Source of the DNA: a virus
Lineage: Duplodnaviria > Caudoviricetes
DNA: 64,000 nt
Direction: 5' to 3' (one strand)
Virus record (IMG/VR): IMGVR_UViG_3300036784_000120
Location: 63,790-127,789 of that record
A program made the position numbers and the translations under genes. Every line of letters starts with the position of its first letter. Within the stretch, counting starts at the first letter, position 1. Under the pieces are notes generated by a model that saw only the letters and a program-made list of their open reading frames with translations, searched no databases and was not told the DNA's origin. Below, in pieces: positions 18,179 through 26,287 of the stretch.

Positions 18179-18621
18179 CTGACGACAATGTGACGCCGTT
18201 CCGGCGGCCCGGCCAGGCTCCGCCGCCGGCCGGTGAGCTGAGCCGTGCCCGCGCGCTCGCCGCCGAGCAGAACGCCGGCCCCCGGGAACGCTACGGGGCT
18301 GCGATCAGCCGGCAGCGCGCCGAACGGCTCATCGCGACCGGGAAAGTTGTCCCGGCCCGCATCACCATGGCGCTCGACATCCGTGACCTCGAGGGCCCCG
18401 AAGTTGACATCGCATGCGGCGCCGCCGAGCCGGACGTGGACATGTGGGAGCTGGGCCTGGCCGTCCCGTCGCCGGAACAGGTGACGCTGCTCGCCGAGCT
18501 GACCGGATTCCAGCCCGCGTTCTTCTACAATCCGATCGAGCCCGGTCCGCTCGCCGCGTCGGCGATATTCATGTGCAGCGGCCCGCACCTGCACGGTCAC
18601 CGCGCCGGACGTGGTGGATGA
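18175..18621 (+). CDS. XRE-like HTH protein; probable frameshift near 18590 (alternative end 18724)
   Basis: VDMWELGLAVPSPEQVTLLAELTGFQPAFFY; the +1 frame continues CTVTAPDVVDENG...QGALF*. Confidence 0.65.
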   Translation: MTDDNVTPFRRPGQAPPPAGELSRARALAAEQNAGPRERYGAAISRQRAERLIATGKVVPARITMALDIRDLEGPEVDIACGAAEPDVDMWELGLAVPSPEQVTLLAELTGFQPAFFYNPIEPGPLAASAIFMCSGPHLHGHRAGRGG

Positions 18622-18887
18622 GAACGGGGTGCTGCTGTACGAAGGGAAGCCCCGCAATCTGCCCGCCGCCGTGCTCCGCAAGATGCGCAAACAGCCGCCC
18701 GCCGGGCAGGGAGCACTGTTCTGATGACGAGACCCGTCCCGGAAGAGACACCGGAGGACTGGCTGCTTTCCGCTCGGCAGCATTCCCTACCTGGATAGCA
18801 GCGGCGAGATCCTGATCAGGACGCCGTACGGTGACACGATCGGCAAGAACGGACTAGCGACAGCAGGGGGACGGCCCTGGGGGGTTC

Positions 18888-19007
18888 ATCCGGCTAGGGG
18901 AAGAGTCGAACTTCTCCCCCCGAAGGGGGCCTGGCATCCCGTATCCACCGGGCCACTCCTGTCCTGGTGGTTAGCCAAGTCACAAGTCCCGGACACCGCA
19001 GCCGAAT
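18888..19007 (-). ncRNA. Candidate 120-nt structured RNA with a T-loop
   Basis: TATGCT 7 nt upstream; terminal stem ATTCGGCTG/TAGCCGGAT; GAAG-TTCGACT-CTTC arm; C(UUCG)G hairpin. Confidence 0.45.
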
Positions 19008-19027
19008 GCTCGCCAGCATAACCCGGG

Positions 19028-19237
19028 TCATGCCCGCCGGGCCACCGCGTGCAGCGCATACACGAACGCGAGGTGATACCCGTCTTCGGCGAGCAGCTTG
19101 TCCAGCCGGTCGGTGTAGCCGTCGTCGCGGCCGACGGCGAGGCGGAACATTGCGGTCTGGGCCAGCACCCGCGCCGCGCGCTGCGGCGTCATGATCTGCT
19201 CCATCCGCGCCACCGTCATGTACTCCTCGGGTTTCAC
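19028..19237 (-). CDS. Hypothetical protein
   Basis: AAAGGTGG RBS before the GTG start. Confidence 0.65.
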   Translation of the reverse strand: MKPEEYMTVARMEQIMTPQRAARVLAQTAMFRLAVGRDDGYTDRLDKLLAEDGYHLAFVYALHAVARRA

Positions 19238-19257
19238 CCGGCCACCTTTCAGTTCAC

Positions 19258-19284
19258 CGCCATGATTTGACGTTGCCCCGGCCG
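19258..19284. repeat. Duplicate of the terminase 3' end (25/27 identical to 19810-19836)
   Basis: Both copies encode GRGNVKSWR followed by a stop; they flank the HNH gene. Confidence 0.8.
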
Positions 19285-19376
19285 GAAGTTCACGCCCCAG
19301 GGGTGCTGACCGGGCATCCTACCGCCACGATCGGACATTCCCCCCGTATCACCGGGTACAGGTTAAACTAGATCCC

Positions 19377-19802
19377 ATGCCGTATGCCGATCCAGAGAAG
19401 CACAGAAAATGGCAGCGTGAGTGGATGGCTCGGCGGCGTGCCGAGTGGATAGCTGCGCACGGCCCTTGCGTGGACTGCCGCACTTGGGACGATCTACAGG
19501 TAGACCATGTTGACGCCTCGACAAAGGTCACTCACCGGGTCTGGTCCTGGGCCAAAGAGAGGCGCGAGGAGGAGCTGGCTAAGTGCACCGTCCGGTGTGC
19601 CCCGTGTCACGAAGCGAAGACGACAGCCAGCCGCGAGGATCCCCGCGGCGAGCAGCACTGGGCCGCGAAGCTGAAAGACGACCAGATACCGGACATCCGC
19701 GCCTCACAGCTTTCGATTTCACACCTGGCTAGGGTTTACGGCGTCAGCCGGAAGGCTATCCGCAATGTGCGCCAGGGAAAGACCTGGCTTCACGTCGCTT
19801 AG
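19377..19802 (+). CDS. HNH endonuclease with C-terminal HTH
   Basis: CVDC...LQVDHVD...CAPCH; RGEQHWAAKL...YGVSRKAIRNVRQGKTW; TAAACT 7 nt before ATG. Confidence 0.88.
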   Translation: MPYADPEKHRKWQREWMARRRAEWIAAHGPCVDCRTWDDLQVDHVDASTKVTHRVWSWAKERREEELAKCTVRCAPCHEAKTTASREDPRGEQHWAAKLKDDQIPDIRASQLSISHLARVYGVSRKAIRNVRQGKTWLHVA

Positions 19803-19805
19803 TCC

Positions 19806-21498
19806 CTATCGCCACGACTTGACGTTGCCCCGGCCGCGGTCCGGTTGCGCCTGGTCATCGTCGTCTGGCGAAAAGCCGTCCAGGTCCCACGGGGCCGCAT
19901 CCATGTTCTGCTGCGCCTTCTCCATGATTTCCCGCATCCTGCGATGCCCGCGTGCTTCCTCCCCGATGCCCATGTCCGCGAGGTTCTGCGCGCCTGCCCA
20001 CTTCCGTACGGCACCCGGCCCGTACTCGCCGAGGTGCGGCACGAACGCCTGCACCACGGCGTCGCCGTCGTCGGTGGACCGGCCGAGCCGCTCCCGGATG
20101 TCGTCTTTGCCTTCCACCTGGATCCGGCCGCTTGACGTGACATCCCACTGCGGTGTCGACAGGTCACCGAGCAGCATCTCGTCGTCCGGCAGGCAGATGT
20201 CCGGGCGGGCCGACGGGTCCAGGGCCTGCCGCAGCGTCCACCACGCTTCACTCCTGCGGTTGGCGAACCCGAACTCGCGGGTGGAGTCTTTCGCCTTCGA
20301 CCCGCGGGACGCGTTGAACGCCAGCACCCTGGCGTGCTGCTCGCGGAGCCGGTCGACGACACCCGCGCCGATACCGATCACGTCAACCACGGCGGTGCGG
20401 GAATCGTCAGCGGACAGGATCGCGTTCACCCGCCCCGTGGTTTTCATCGTGTCTTCCCGCACGAACCGGCGCAGCTCCGTGATCACGGGCCCGTTACGGA
20501 TCGCGAGGACAGTGCGGTCCTCACCGGTCCTGGCCACGTCCACCCCGACGGTGCGGGGCCTGCCCAGGTCCGGCTTGCCCGCAGCCTCCCACTCATGCCA
20601 GCGGGCCACCGCCGCCTCAGCCCACGCCAGCGGGATAACCGAATCCTCGTCGCCGGCGTGGAACTCGCCGAGCACCCGGTTCACGTAGATCGCTGACGTT
20701 TCACCCCACTGGCGGAGCCGCTGCGCCGCCCAGTCCCTGGTGACCCGCCCCGCCGTGATCGCGTCGTCGAGGGTGACATGGACCGGATACCAGTCCTCGT
20801 ACCCCTGCCGGCGTGACTGAATGTCGTAGAACCGGCCCTGCGGTGCCCCCGGCGTCGACAGTGCCAGCGCGAACGCTTCCCTCGTGCCGTCCCCGGCGCC
20901 GGAGAACGCGCCTTCGCACGCGTCGAACGTGCCCGCCGGGATCGCCTTGCTCTCGTCGTAGACGAACAGCAGCGAATCGGCGTGCGCGCCTTCGATCAGC
21001 GCCGCGTTAGCTGACGCGCCGGCGAACGCATGCCCGTAACTGAGCCGCAAGTTCAGGTTCTGCAGCTCCGCCCGGGTGAACGGGTGGCCGTCACGGACCC
21101 TCCCCCATTTGATCCGGCCGGCCCACTTGTGGATTTCCGGCCACAGGTACTGGGTCAGCTGATGCCATGACCCGGCGGTCGTCGCGACCTTCCAGTCCAC
21201 GCCGGCGGCGTCCCGGGTCAACGCAAACCACAGCACCGTCACCGCCGCGATGGTGCTTTTGCCCAGTCCTTAATCCATGGGGGCCGCGGACCGCTTCGCG
21301 TTTCCGCTGCGGCAGGCCCCCAATGATTTCCTCCTGGTATCCGGTCAGCCCCTCGCCGCGCCAGTCGATGCAGTCCGCGGCGAAGCCGAGCGGGTCATCG
21401 TAGTAGCGGGCGACGCCCTGCTTGATTTTCGCTGCGCGCCGCTGCAGTTCCAGCAGGTAGCGCAGCCGGTCAGCCGGCGCCTGTATCTGCGGGGTCAT
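19806..21498 (-). CDS. terL: Terminase large subunit (~561 aa) with a 7-nt coding gap in Walker A
   Basis: Two track ORFs join to VRGPHG/LGKSTIAA when 21267-21273 is skipped; Walker B FVYDES, LSTP, nuclease VGVDVARTGEDRTV, RSTDDGDA. Confidence 0.92.
21267..21276 (-). other. Candidate UUA bypass site, terminase: GGA TTA A GGA
   Basis: Identical take-off and landing codons around an in-frame TTA; skipping 7 nt restores GxxGxGKS. Confidence 0.82.
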
Positions 21499-22066
21499 TA
21501 TCGGCCAGCTGCGATTCCAGTTCGGTGATCCGCGACTCGATCATGTCGGCGGTGATCACCTCGACACGGGACTTGGCGGGCGCGTCGTACCCGAAGATCC
21601 TCGCCCGCCGCTCGAGCAGGCTGCGGATCGTCGCTATCGCGGCCAGCTTCGGGCCGTCGTCGAACACGTCCTCGAACACGGGGATCGTCTTGCCGGTCAG
21701 CGGGTCGAGACGCTCAATACCGTCAGCGTCGCGTTCCACGCCGACGAAACGGCGGACGACCCGGCCGTTGGCGTGCGCCAGGTGCGGTGTGAGCATCACC
21801 TGCCACGCCTGCTCGATCAGCCGGTCGAGGCGCTCAAGGTCAGCCTGCCGCGCCGCCCCGGCCTTCTCGGTCGCCATGTCGGCGTAGGCGCGCGTGACGG
21901 CATTGCATGCGGCGCCCTTCGACGCGAAGCCGAGCTCGTCAGCGATCCGCTGATAGGACCAGCCCTGCCCGTGCAGCTCGGCGGCGTGGTAGTCGCGTCT
22001 GCGGGTGCTGTCGGTGCGGGTGTAGCGGCCGCCGCCGCCGCGTCCCGGCGGGGTTTTCGCGGTCAT
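21470..22066 (-). CDS. Terminase small subunit (HTH-type)
   Basis: GWSYQRIADELGF...LERLDRL...LERRARIFGYDAPAK; directly upstream of terL. Confidence 0.8.
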   Translation of the reverse strand: MTAKTPPGRGGGGRYTRTDSTRRRDYHAAELHGQGWSYQRIADELGFASKGAACNAVTRAYADMATEKAGAARQADLERLDRLIEQAWQVMLTPHLAHANGRVVRRFVGVERDADGIERLDPLTGKTIPVFEDVFDDGPKLAAIATIRSLLERRARIFGYDAPAKSRVEVITADMIESRITELESQLADNDPADTGAG

Positions 22067-22172
22067 GGGTTTTCGCGGTCCTCACCGCCGGGCAGGTCGA
22101 CGATGTTGCTGCCGTCGCGGGCAGCGTGCAATGTCATGGCGGCTGGCTCCCTTAGCGCTGGTTGGGTCATGA

Positions 22173-22478
22173 TCACTCCCGTCCCTGGTTCCGCTGGGTG
22201 CGCCAGATCATGACCGCCCGCCAGGCCACTACCGCGCCCGCCCCGAAGACGGCCGCCACCTGGAACCAGGCCAGGAACGACCCGTACGGCACGCCGAACA
22301 TGGCATGCAGCGGGGCAGGCAGCAGTGACACGCAGATACAGGCGTCGAACAGGACAATGTTGAGGCCCCAGTCGCTCCGCCACCACGGCCAGAACAGTGA
22401 CGTGACCAGCGGGAAGGCGAAGCTGATCCAGAACGTGAATATCGAGCCAGCTTCCAGCAGTACCGGGACGGGCTGCAC
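22173..22478 (-). CDS. Membrane protein (paralog of 22480..22839)
   Basis: FWPWWRSDWGLNIVL. Confidence 0.7.
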   Translation of the reverse strand: MQPVPVLLEAGSIFTFWISFAFPLVTSLFWPWWRSDWGLNIVLFDACICVSLLPAPLHAMFGVPYGSFLAWFQVAAVFGAGAVVAWRAVMIWRTQRNQGRE

Positions 22479-22479
22479 A

Positions 22480-22839
22480 TCAACCGTCCCCTCGCCGCTC
22501 TCGCTCGCGCAGCTCCACGGCAGCCCGCTCGCTGGCCCCGGCCTGCTGCGCCCGGTAGATGAGCCAGGTCCGCCAGGTCAGCACGATAGGGATCAGCGTG
22601 ACCGCCGCCACCGCGACCCACTCCAGCGCGAGGCCAGGCTGGATGCCGAACTCGTAGTGCAGGGTGGTGGCCAGCAGGGCGGCGGCGATCAGCTCGGTCT
22701 TGAGGACCATGTTCCAGCCCCACTCGTCCCGGTACCAGGGCCAGAACGTGCGGACCACCAGCGGCCAGGACAGGCACACCCAGAAGGCGATGCCCGATGC
22801 CCAGACCACCCAGTCATGAAGGAACTGCATCTGCGTCAT
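22480..22839 (-). CDS. Membrane protein, possible holin
   Basis: FWPWYRDEWGWNMVL; three hydrophobic segments. Confidence 0.7.
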   Translation of the reverse strand: MTQMQFLHDWVVWASGIAFWVCLSWPLVVRTFWPWYRDEWGWNMVLKTELIAAALLATTLHYEFGIQPGLALEWVAVAAVTLIPIVLTWRTWLIYRAQQAGASERAAVELRERERRGDG

Positions 22840-23051
22840 GTCCCCGCCGACCCCCCGATTTCCCTTGCCTTGCGCTGGATCAGCCGGTTCAGCCGCGGGG
22901 CGACATGGTTCTCCTGGCGCAGCTCGGCCAGGGGGATGATCACGTGCTCGCGGGCGTGCTCTAGCCGCTGCTCGGCTGCTTCCAGCTCGCGCGCCGTGTC
23001 AGCGCGTTCTGCTCTCATGTCCGTCCTGCGCCTCCAGCGGAAAACCCTCAT
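22836..23051 (-). CDS. Hypothetical protein
   Basis: ELRQENHVAPRL; coupling. Confidence 0.65.
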   Translation of the reverse strand: MRVFRWRRRTDMRAERADTARELEAAEQRLEHAREHVIIPLAELRQENHVAPRLNRLIQRKAREIGGSAGT

Positions 23052-23291
23052 TCACTCCAGCTCCTTACGGAGACCGAGCATCACGTCCCTCACGATGGCT
23101 CCCGTCGCCACCCCGGCCTCGGCTCTGGCTCTTTCCAGCTCGGCGATCCGTTTCCAGTCGTCACGGTCGGCGCGCATCTCGTCGTAGGCGTTCTTGGAGA
23201 AGATCTGCCCCGTGACGAACAGGACGCAGAACACGATCGCGGTGCCCCCGCTGGCACCCCCGAACAGCGTGAGCAGGTCCCCAGCTGACAT
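23052..23291 (-). CDS. Single-TM membrane protein
   Basis: AIVFCVLFVTGQI...DEMRADRDDWK. Confidence 0.7.
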   Translation of the reverse strand: MSAGDLLTLFGGASGGTAIVFCVLFVTGQIFSKNAYDEMRADRDDWKRIAELERARAEAGVATGAIVRDVMLGLRKELE

Positions 23292-23310
23292 CCCCGGCCT
23301 CCTGTCAGGT

Positions 23311-23667
23311 TCATGGCCTGCTCGTCCCCGTCTGCCCGAGGTGGTGCCGCAGCCGGTCCTCAACATGCCGCTTGATCCTGGCCTCGGCCGCAGCCACATG
23401 AGCACCGGCGAGACCGCCCGTGAACAGGCTGAACGTGGCCGCGAACAGCGGCACGACAAGCACGTACTCCGCCACGTTGATCCAGTGGCCCGCCGCGGTC
23501 GCCGGAGTGGTGCAGGCACCTTCGGTCACCGCGTTGCCGACCGCGCAGTACAGGCCGTGCGCCGCCCCGGTGTGCTCGGCGGCGGCGTAGAGCAGCCCGC
23601 ATGCCACGTCGGCCGCGACGGCGACCACGATGGTGATAAGGGCGGTCCGGTGGTGGCTCATGCTCAT
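23311..23667 (-). CDS. 2-TM ion-channel-like protein (KcsA/Ion_trans_2-like) with altered filter
   Basis: LYAAAEH...GLYCAVGNAVTEGACTTPATAAGHWI aligns by eye with KcsA [25 protein letters not shown]. Confidence 0.65.
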   Translation of the reverse strand: MSMSHHRTALITIVVAVAADVACGLLYAAAEHTGAAHGLYCAVGNAVTEGACTTPATAAGHWINVAEYVLVVPLFAATFSLFTGGLAGAHVAAAEARIKRHVEDRLRHHLGQTGTSRP

Positions 23668-23685
23668 GCCCGCCGCCCGCGCAGA

Positions 23686-24228
23686 TCAGGCTTGCTGTTG
23701 CCTCCGGGGCTTCTTCCACTGCGCGTAGTAATGACGGTCGCACAGCCCCCGGCATACAGCATGCTCGCCGCAGTCCGGCTCAGAGCATGTGCCGCCGTTG
23801 ATGAGTACCCGTTCCCGCTGATTTTCCCGCTGCTGCGCAGGTGTCGCCCACCGGCAGTTGCCCGGCTCGTAGTTCCCGTCGTTGTCGATGCGGTCAAGCG
23901 ACGTGCCGGGCGGGCGTTCCCCCATGTCGGCCGCGAAGTTGTCGAACGAGTTCCACCGCTCACAGACGGTGATGCCCCGGCCGCCGTACAGTTCCCATCC
24001 GATGAAGTTCGGGTTCGTGCACCGCGTCCGCATCGAGCACCAGCTCTGGTACTCAGGCGAGGCGCGGTCACCGCTCCTGCGCCCCGGCCCCCACGATTCG
24101 AGCGGATCGCCGTGCCTGCGGTAGTTCGACAAGTGCTCCATGCACCAGCGCCCGTACCGGCTCTGCGAGAACTCGCCGCACCCGTCGATGATGCAGATCG
24201 TCCAGTCACCATCGCGTTCAACTGCCAC
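23686..24228 (-). CDS. HNH homing endonuclease
   Basis: EYQSWCSMRTRC...YGGRGITVCERW...SLDRIDNDGNYEPGNCRWAT. Confidence 0.92.
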   Translation of the reverse strand: MAVERDGDWTICIIDGCGEFSQSRYGRWCMEHLSNYRRHGDPLESWGPGRRSGDRASPEYQSWCSMRTRCTNPNFIGWELYGGRGITVCERWNSFDNFAADMGERPPGTSLDRIDNDGNYEPGNCRWATPAQQRENQRERVLINGGTCSEPDCGEHAVCRGLCDRHYYAQWKKPRRQQQA

Positions 24229-24231
24229 GTG

Positions 24232-24597
24232 TCAATTGTAGTAGTCATGATGCCTCCGGTGAAGCGCTTCCTCGGAGAGGCCATCACGTACATGAGAGTC
24301 GGGGTGGTGCTTCCTGCACACGCTGAACTGGCCGCCGGCCACCGGATACCGCGCCAAGCGCGGGCAGTTGTCGACATGGCAGGTGTGCCGCCAGTAGAGC
24401 GAGAACACTCCGCCGAACAGGGACAAGACAGTCAGCGCGGGGATAAACCCCGACCACAATTGATACGACCATGGTGTTCCGGGCGGGACGGGCCAGATGC
24501 CGATGGCGAACCGGGCGGCGTACGGGTGGACGGCCATGTACGTCCCGGCCCAGGCCAGCAGCGCCGCGGCGGGGAACAGCAGCCAGCGGCGGTTCAC
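24232..24597 (-). CDS. Membrane protein with Cys/His C-terminus
   Basis: YQLWSGF...HTCHVDNCPR...VCRKHHP. Confidence 0.7.
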   Translation of the reverse strand: MNRRWLLFPAAALLAWAGTYMAVHPYAARFAIGIWPVPPGTPWSYQLWSGFIPALTVLSLFGGVFSLYWRHTCHVDNCPRLARYPVAGGQFSVCRKHHPDSHVRDGLSEEALHRRHHDYYN

Positions 24598-25055
24598 CCG
24601 GTGCCGCCGGGCAGCAGCCGCGCGCATGCGAACGCGACGGCGACAGCGGCGAGCATCAGCCCCGCCGTCTCGGCGAGGGCCAGGCCGAGGCCGCGGTCTT
24701 CGCGCAGCGCCGCGACGACCACCACGACCGCGACGCAGATGACGACGCATTCAGCGACAGCGAGGGGGCCGTGACCGAACGCGAACGGGATCGCTGGCAT
24801 CAGGGCGCCGGTGAACGTGGCGGCGGCCATCACGGCGGACGCTGCCCAGCCGCAGTCACTGTCGCAGAGGAACTCGCCGCCGCCCATCGACACGGCCGCG
24901 GTGAGGGCACCGGACAGGGCGGCGGGGAACACGAGCGCGGGGTGGGTGGCCAGCAGGTAGATGACGACGCCGATCAGTGACGCGCAGCCGTCGAAGCCGC
25001 CGAGGATCGCCGGCGGCATGAGGCTGGCGCGGGCGGCGGGGCGGGCGGTGGCCAT
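24594..25055 (-). CDS. VIT1/CCC1-like membrane protein
   Basis: ILGGFDG...AAVSMGGGEFL...GALMPAIPF. Confidence 0.7.
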   Translation of the reverse strand: MATARPAARASLMPPAILGGFDGCASLIGVVIYLLATHPALVFPAALSGALTAAVSMGGGEFLCDSDCGWAASAVMAAATFTGALMPAIPFAFGHGPLAVAECVVICVAVVVVVAALREDRGLGLALAETAGLMLAAVAVAFACARLLPGGTG

Positions 25056-25072
25056 ACCCGAAGCGTAACGGC

Positions 25073-25094
25073 TGCACGTGCATATGCACGTGCA
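25073..25094. promoter_or_regulatory. Palindrome TGCACGTGCATATGCACGTGCA (copy 2)
   Basis: On the minus strand it is followed by TACGCT and then ATG 25055, the head of the operon leading to terminase. Confidence 0.75.
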
Positions 25095-25153
25095 TCAGGT
25101 GTTCAGTCGGGCCATTTCCGCTTCGTAGATATCCAAGCCCCGCTCCCGGTGGG

Positions 25154-25231
25154 CTAGATCGCCCCCACCAGCGCCAGGATCACCAGGACCAGGACAATCA
25201 CCACCAGGACGCCCACCAGGTCGTAGCGCAT
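25154..25231 (-). CDS. 25-aa single-TM peptide
   Basis: GGAGGTG RBS; MRYDLVGVLVVIVLVLVILALVGAI. Confidence 0.6.
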   Translation of the reverse strand: MRYDLVGVLVVIVLVLVILALVGAI

Positions 25232-25424
25232 CAGTGCTCACCTCCGCTGACCCCACTGCCCGGATCACCGCCTTATATCCTCCGTTTTCCCCTGACCGCG
25301 GCGAGACCCTTCCAGTCGACGCGGGGCGGTGGCCTGTCGGCGTCGGCGTGTGCCTTCTCGGCTCATCCCGGACGATCACCTCCCAGTAATCCCCCCTCGC
25401 CTGCCCAGGGGTGCTCTATCCGGG

Positions 25425-25856
25425 TCACTGTGCCTTCTCCAGTTCGGTCCATGGTCGCAGCCCGGTGATCAGCGGCCGGGTGGTACCGAGGACATGCTGC
25501 AAGACAACCGGGAACACCAGCGGGCCACCGGAAACGCGGTAGACCTCAATGAGGCGCGGCGCGGCCGCGAGGCCCGGTACCGACCGGATCGCGTCGTCCC
25601 CCTCCGGGGTCGCGGCTATCACGGCGTCCAGGCCGTCCGTGACCTCGAGGTCGCGGACCTCACCGCGGCACCTGCATGGGTCGCTGGTGTGCTCTCCGCT
25701 GTCATCCTCCGCCAGCTGGAAGGGCACCACGCCGAACACGCCTGCGTTGAACGCCCCCACGATGCCGCCCAGGTACTCGGGAGTGAAGTCCAGGTCGATG
25801 CGGTCCCGGTACCTGAACGGCCCGGACGGCAGCACCTGCACACGCCACAGGCTCAC
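25425..25856 (-). CDS. Stand-alone prohead-protease-like domain, possibly inactive
   Basis: QVLPSG...FTPEYL...VPFQLA...HTSDP..RGEV..LE..DGL...QHVLGTTRPLITGLRPW. Confidence 0.6.
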   Translation of the reverse strand: MSLWRVQVLPSGPFRYRDRIDLDFTPEYLGGIVGAFNAGVFGVVPFQLAEDDSGEHTSDPCRCRGEVRDLEVTDGLDAVIAATPEGDDAIRSVPGLAAAPRLIEVYRVSGGPLVFPVVLQHVLGTTRPLITGLRPWTELEKAQ

Positions 25857-26287
25857 GGGACCTGCACCCACTCCCCGGCCGCAGCCCGCCAAGCGAACGC
25901 CCGCTTCTCCCCGCCGGTCTCCCGGAGGATCGTGCCGTCTTCCCGCCCCGGCACGGCCTTGGCCGCCTTGAGGGCCCCGGGGGTGACGTACTCCACCGGC
26001 ACCTCACGGAGCCCGTCGAGCTCGGCGCGGAGCCGGGCGATCTCCGCGTCCTTCTCGCTCAGCTGGCCGCGCAGGAACGCCAGGGCACCGCCGGCCGCCC
26101 GCCGCATCCACGGCCGGGCGGTGACCTCAGTCCCGGCCACCGCCGTGTCGGCTGCCTCCTGGCCGTCGAACGGGACGATGATCTCGCTGATATTGCTCAG
26201 GTACCCGCCGGCCACGTAGATGTCGAAGGGGCGGCCGAAGCGGATGACTAGCTCGTGTGAGCCGTCGGGAATGGAGTCAGTCACCAT
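25853..26287 (-). CDS. Hypothetical protein
   Basis: Operon coupling. Confidence 0.6.
   Translation of the reverse strand: MVTDSIPDGSHELVIRFGRPFDIYVAGGYLSNISEIIVPFDGQEAADTAVAGTEVTARPWMRRAAGGALAFLRGQLSEKDAEIARLRAELDGLREVPVEYVTPGALKAAKAVPGREDGTILRETGGEKRAFAWRAAAGEWVQVP

Noticed and set aside
18888-19007. Canonical tRNA gene
   Set aside because: A T-loop is present but there is no standard D arm, anticodon arm or length; kept only as an ncRNA candidate.
12590-21276. Reading terminase and portal as simple pseudogenes or transposon footprints
   Set aside because: Not excluded but disfavoured: three same-length gaps each start with an in-frame TTA and end in a matching codon, and the rest of both genes is intact.
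25160-25220. CCAGGA/CCACCA short repeats as CRISPR or iterons
   Set aside because: Explained by Leu/Val codons of a 25-aa TM peptide; no repeat-spacer array was seen anywhere in the window.
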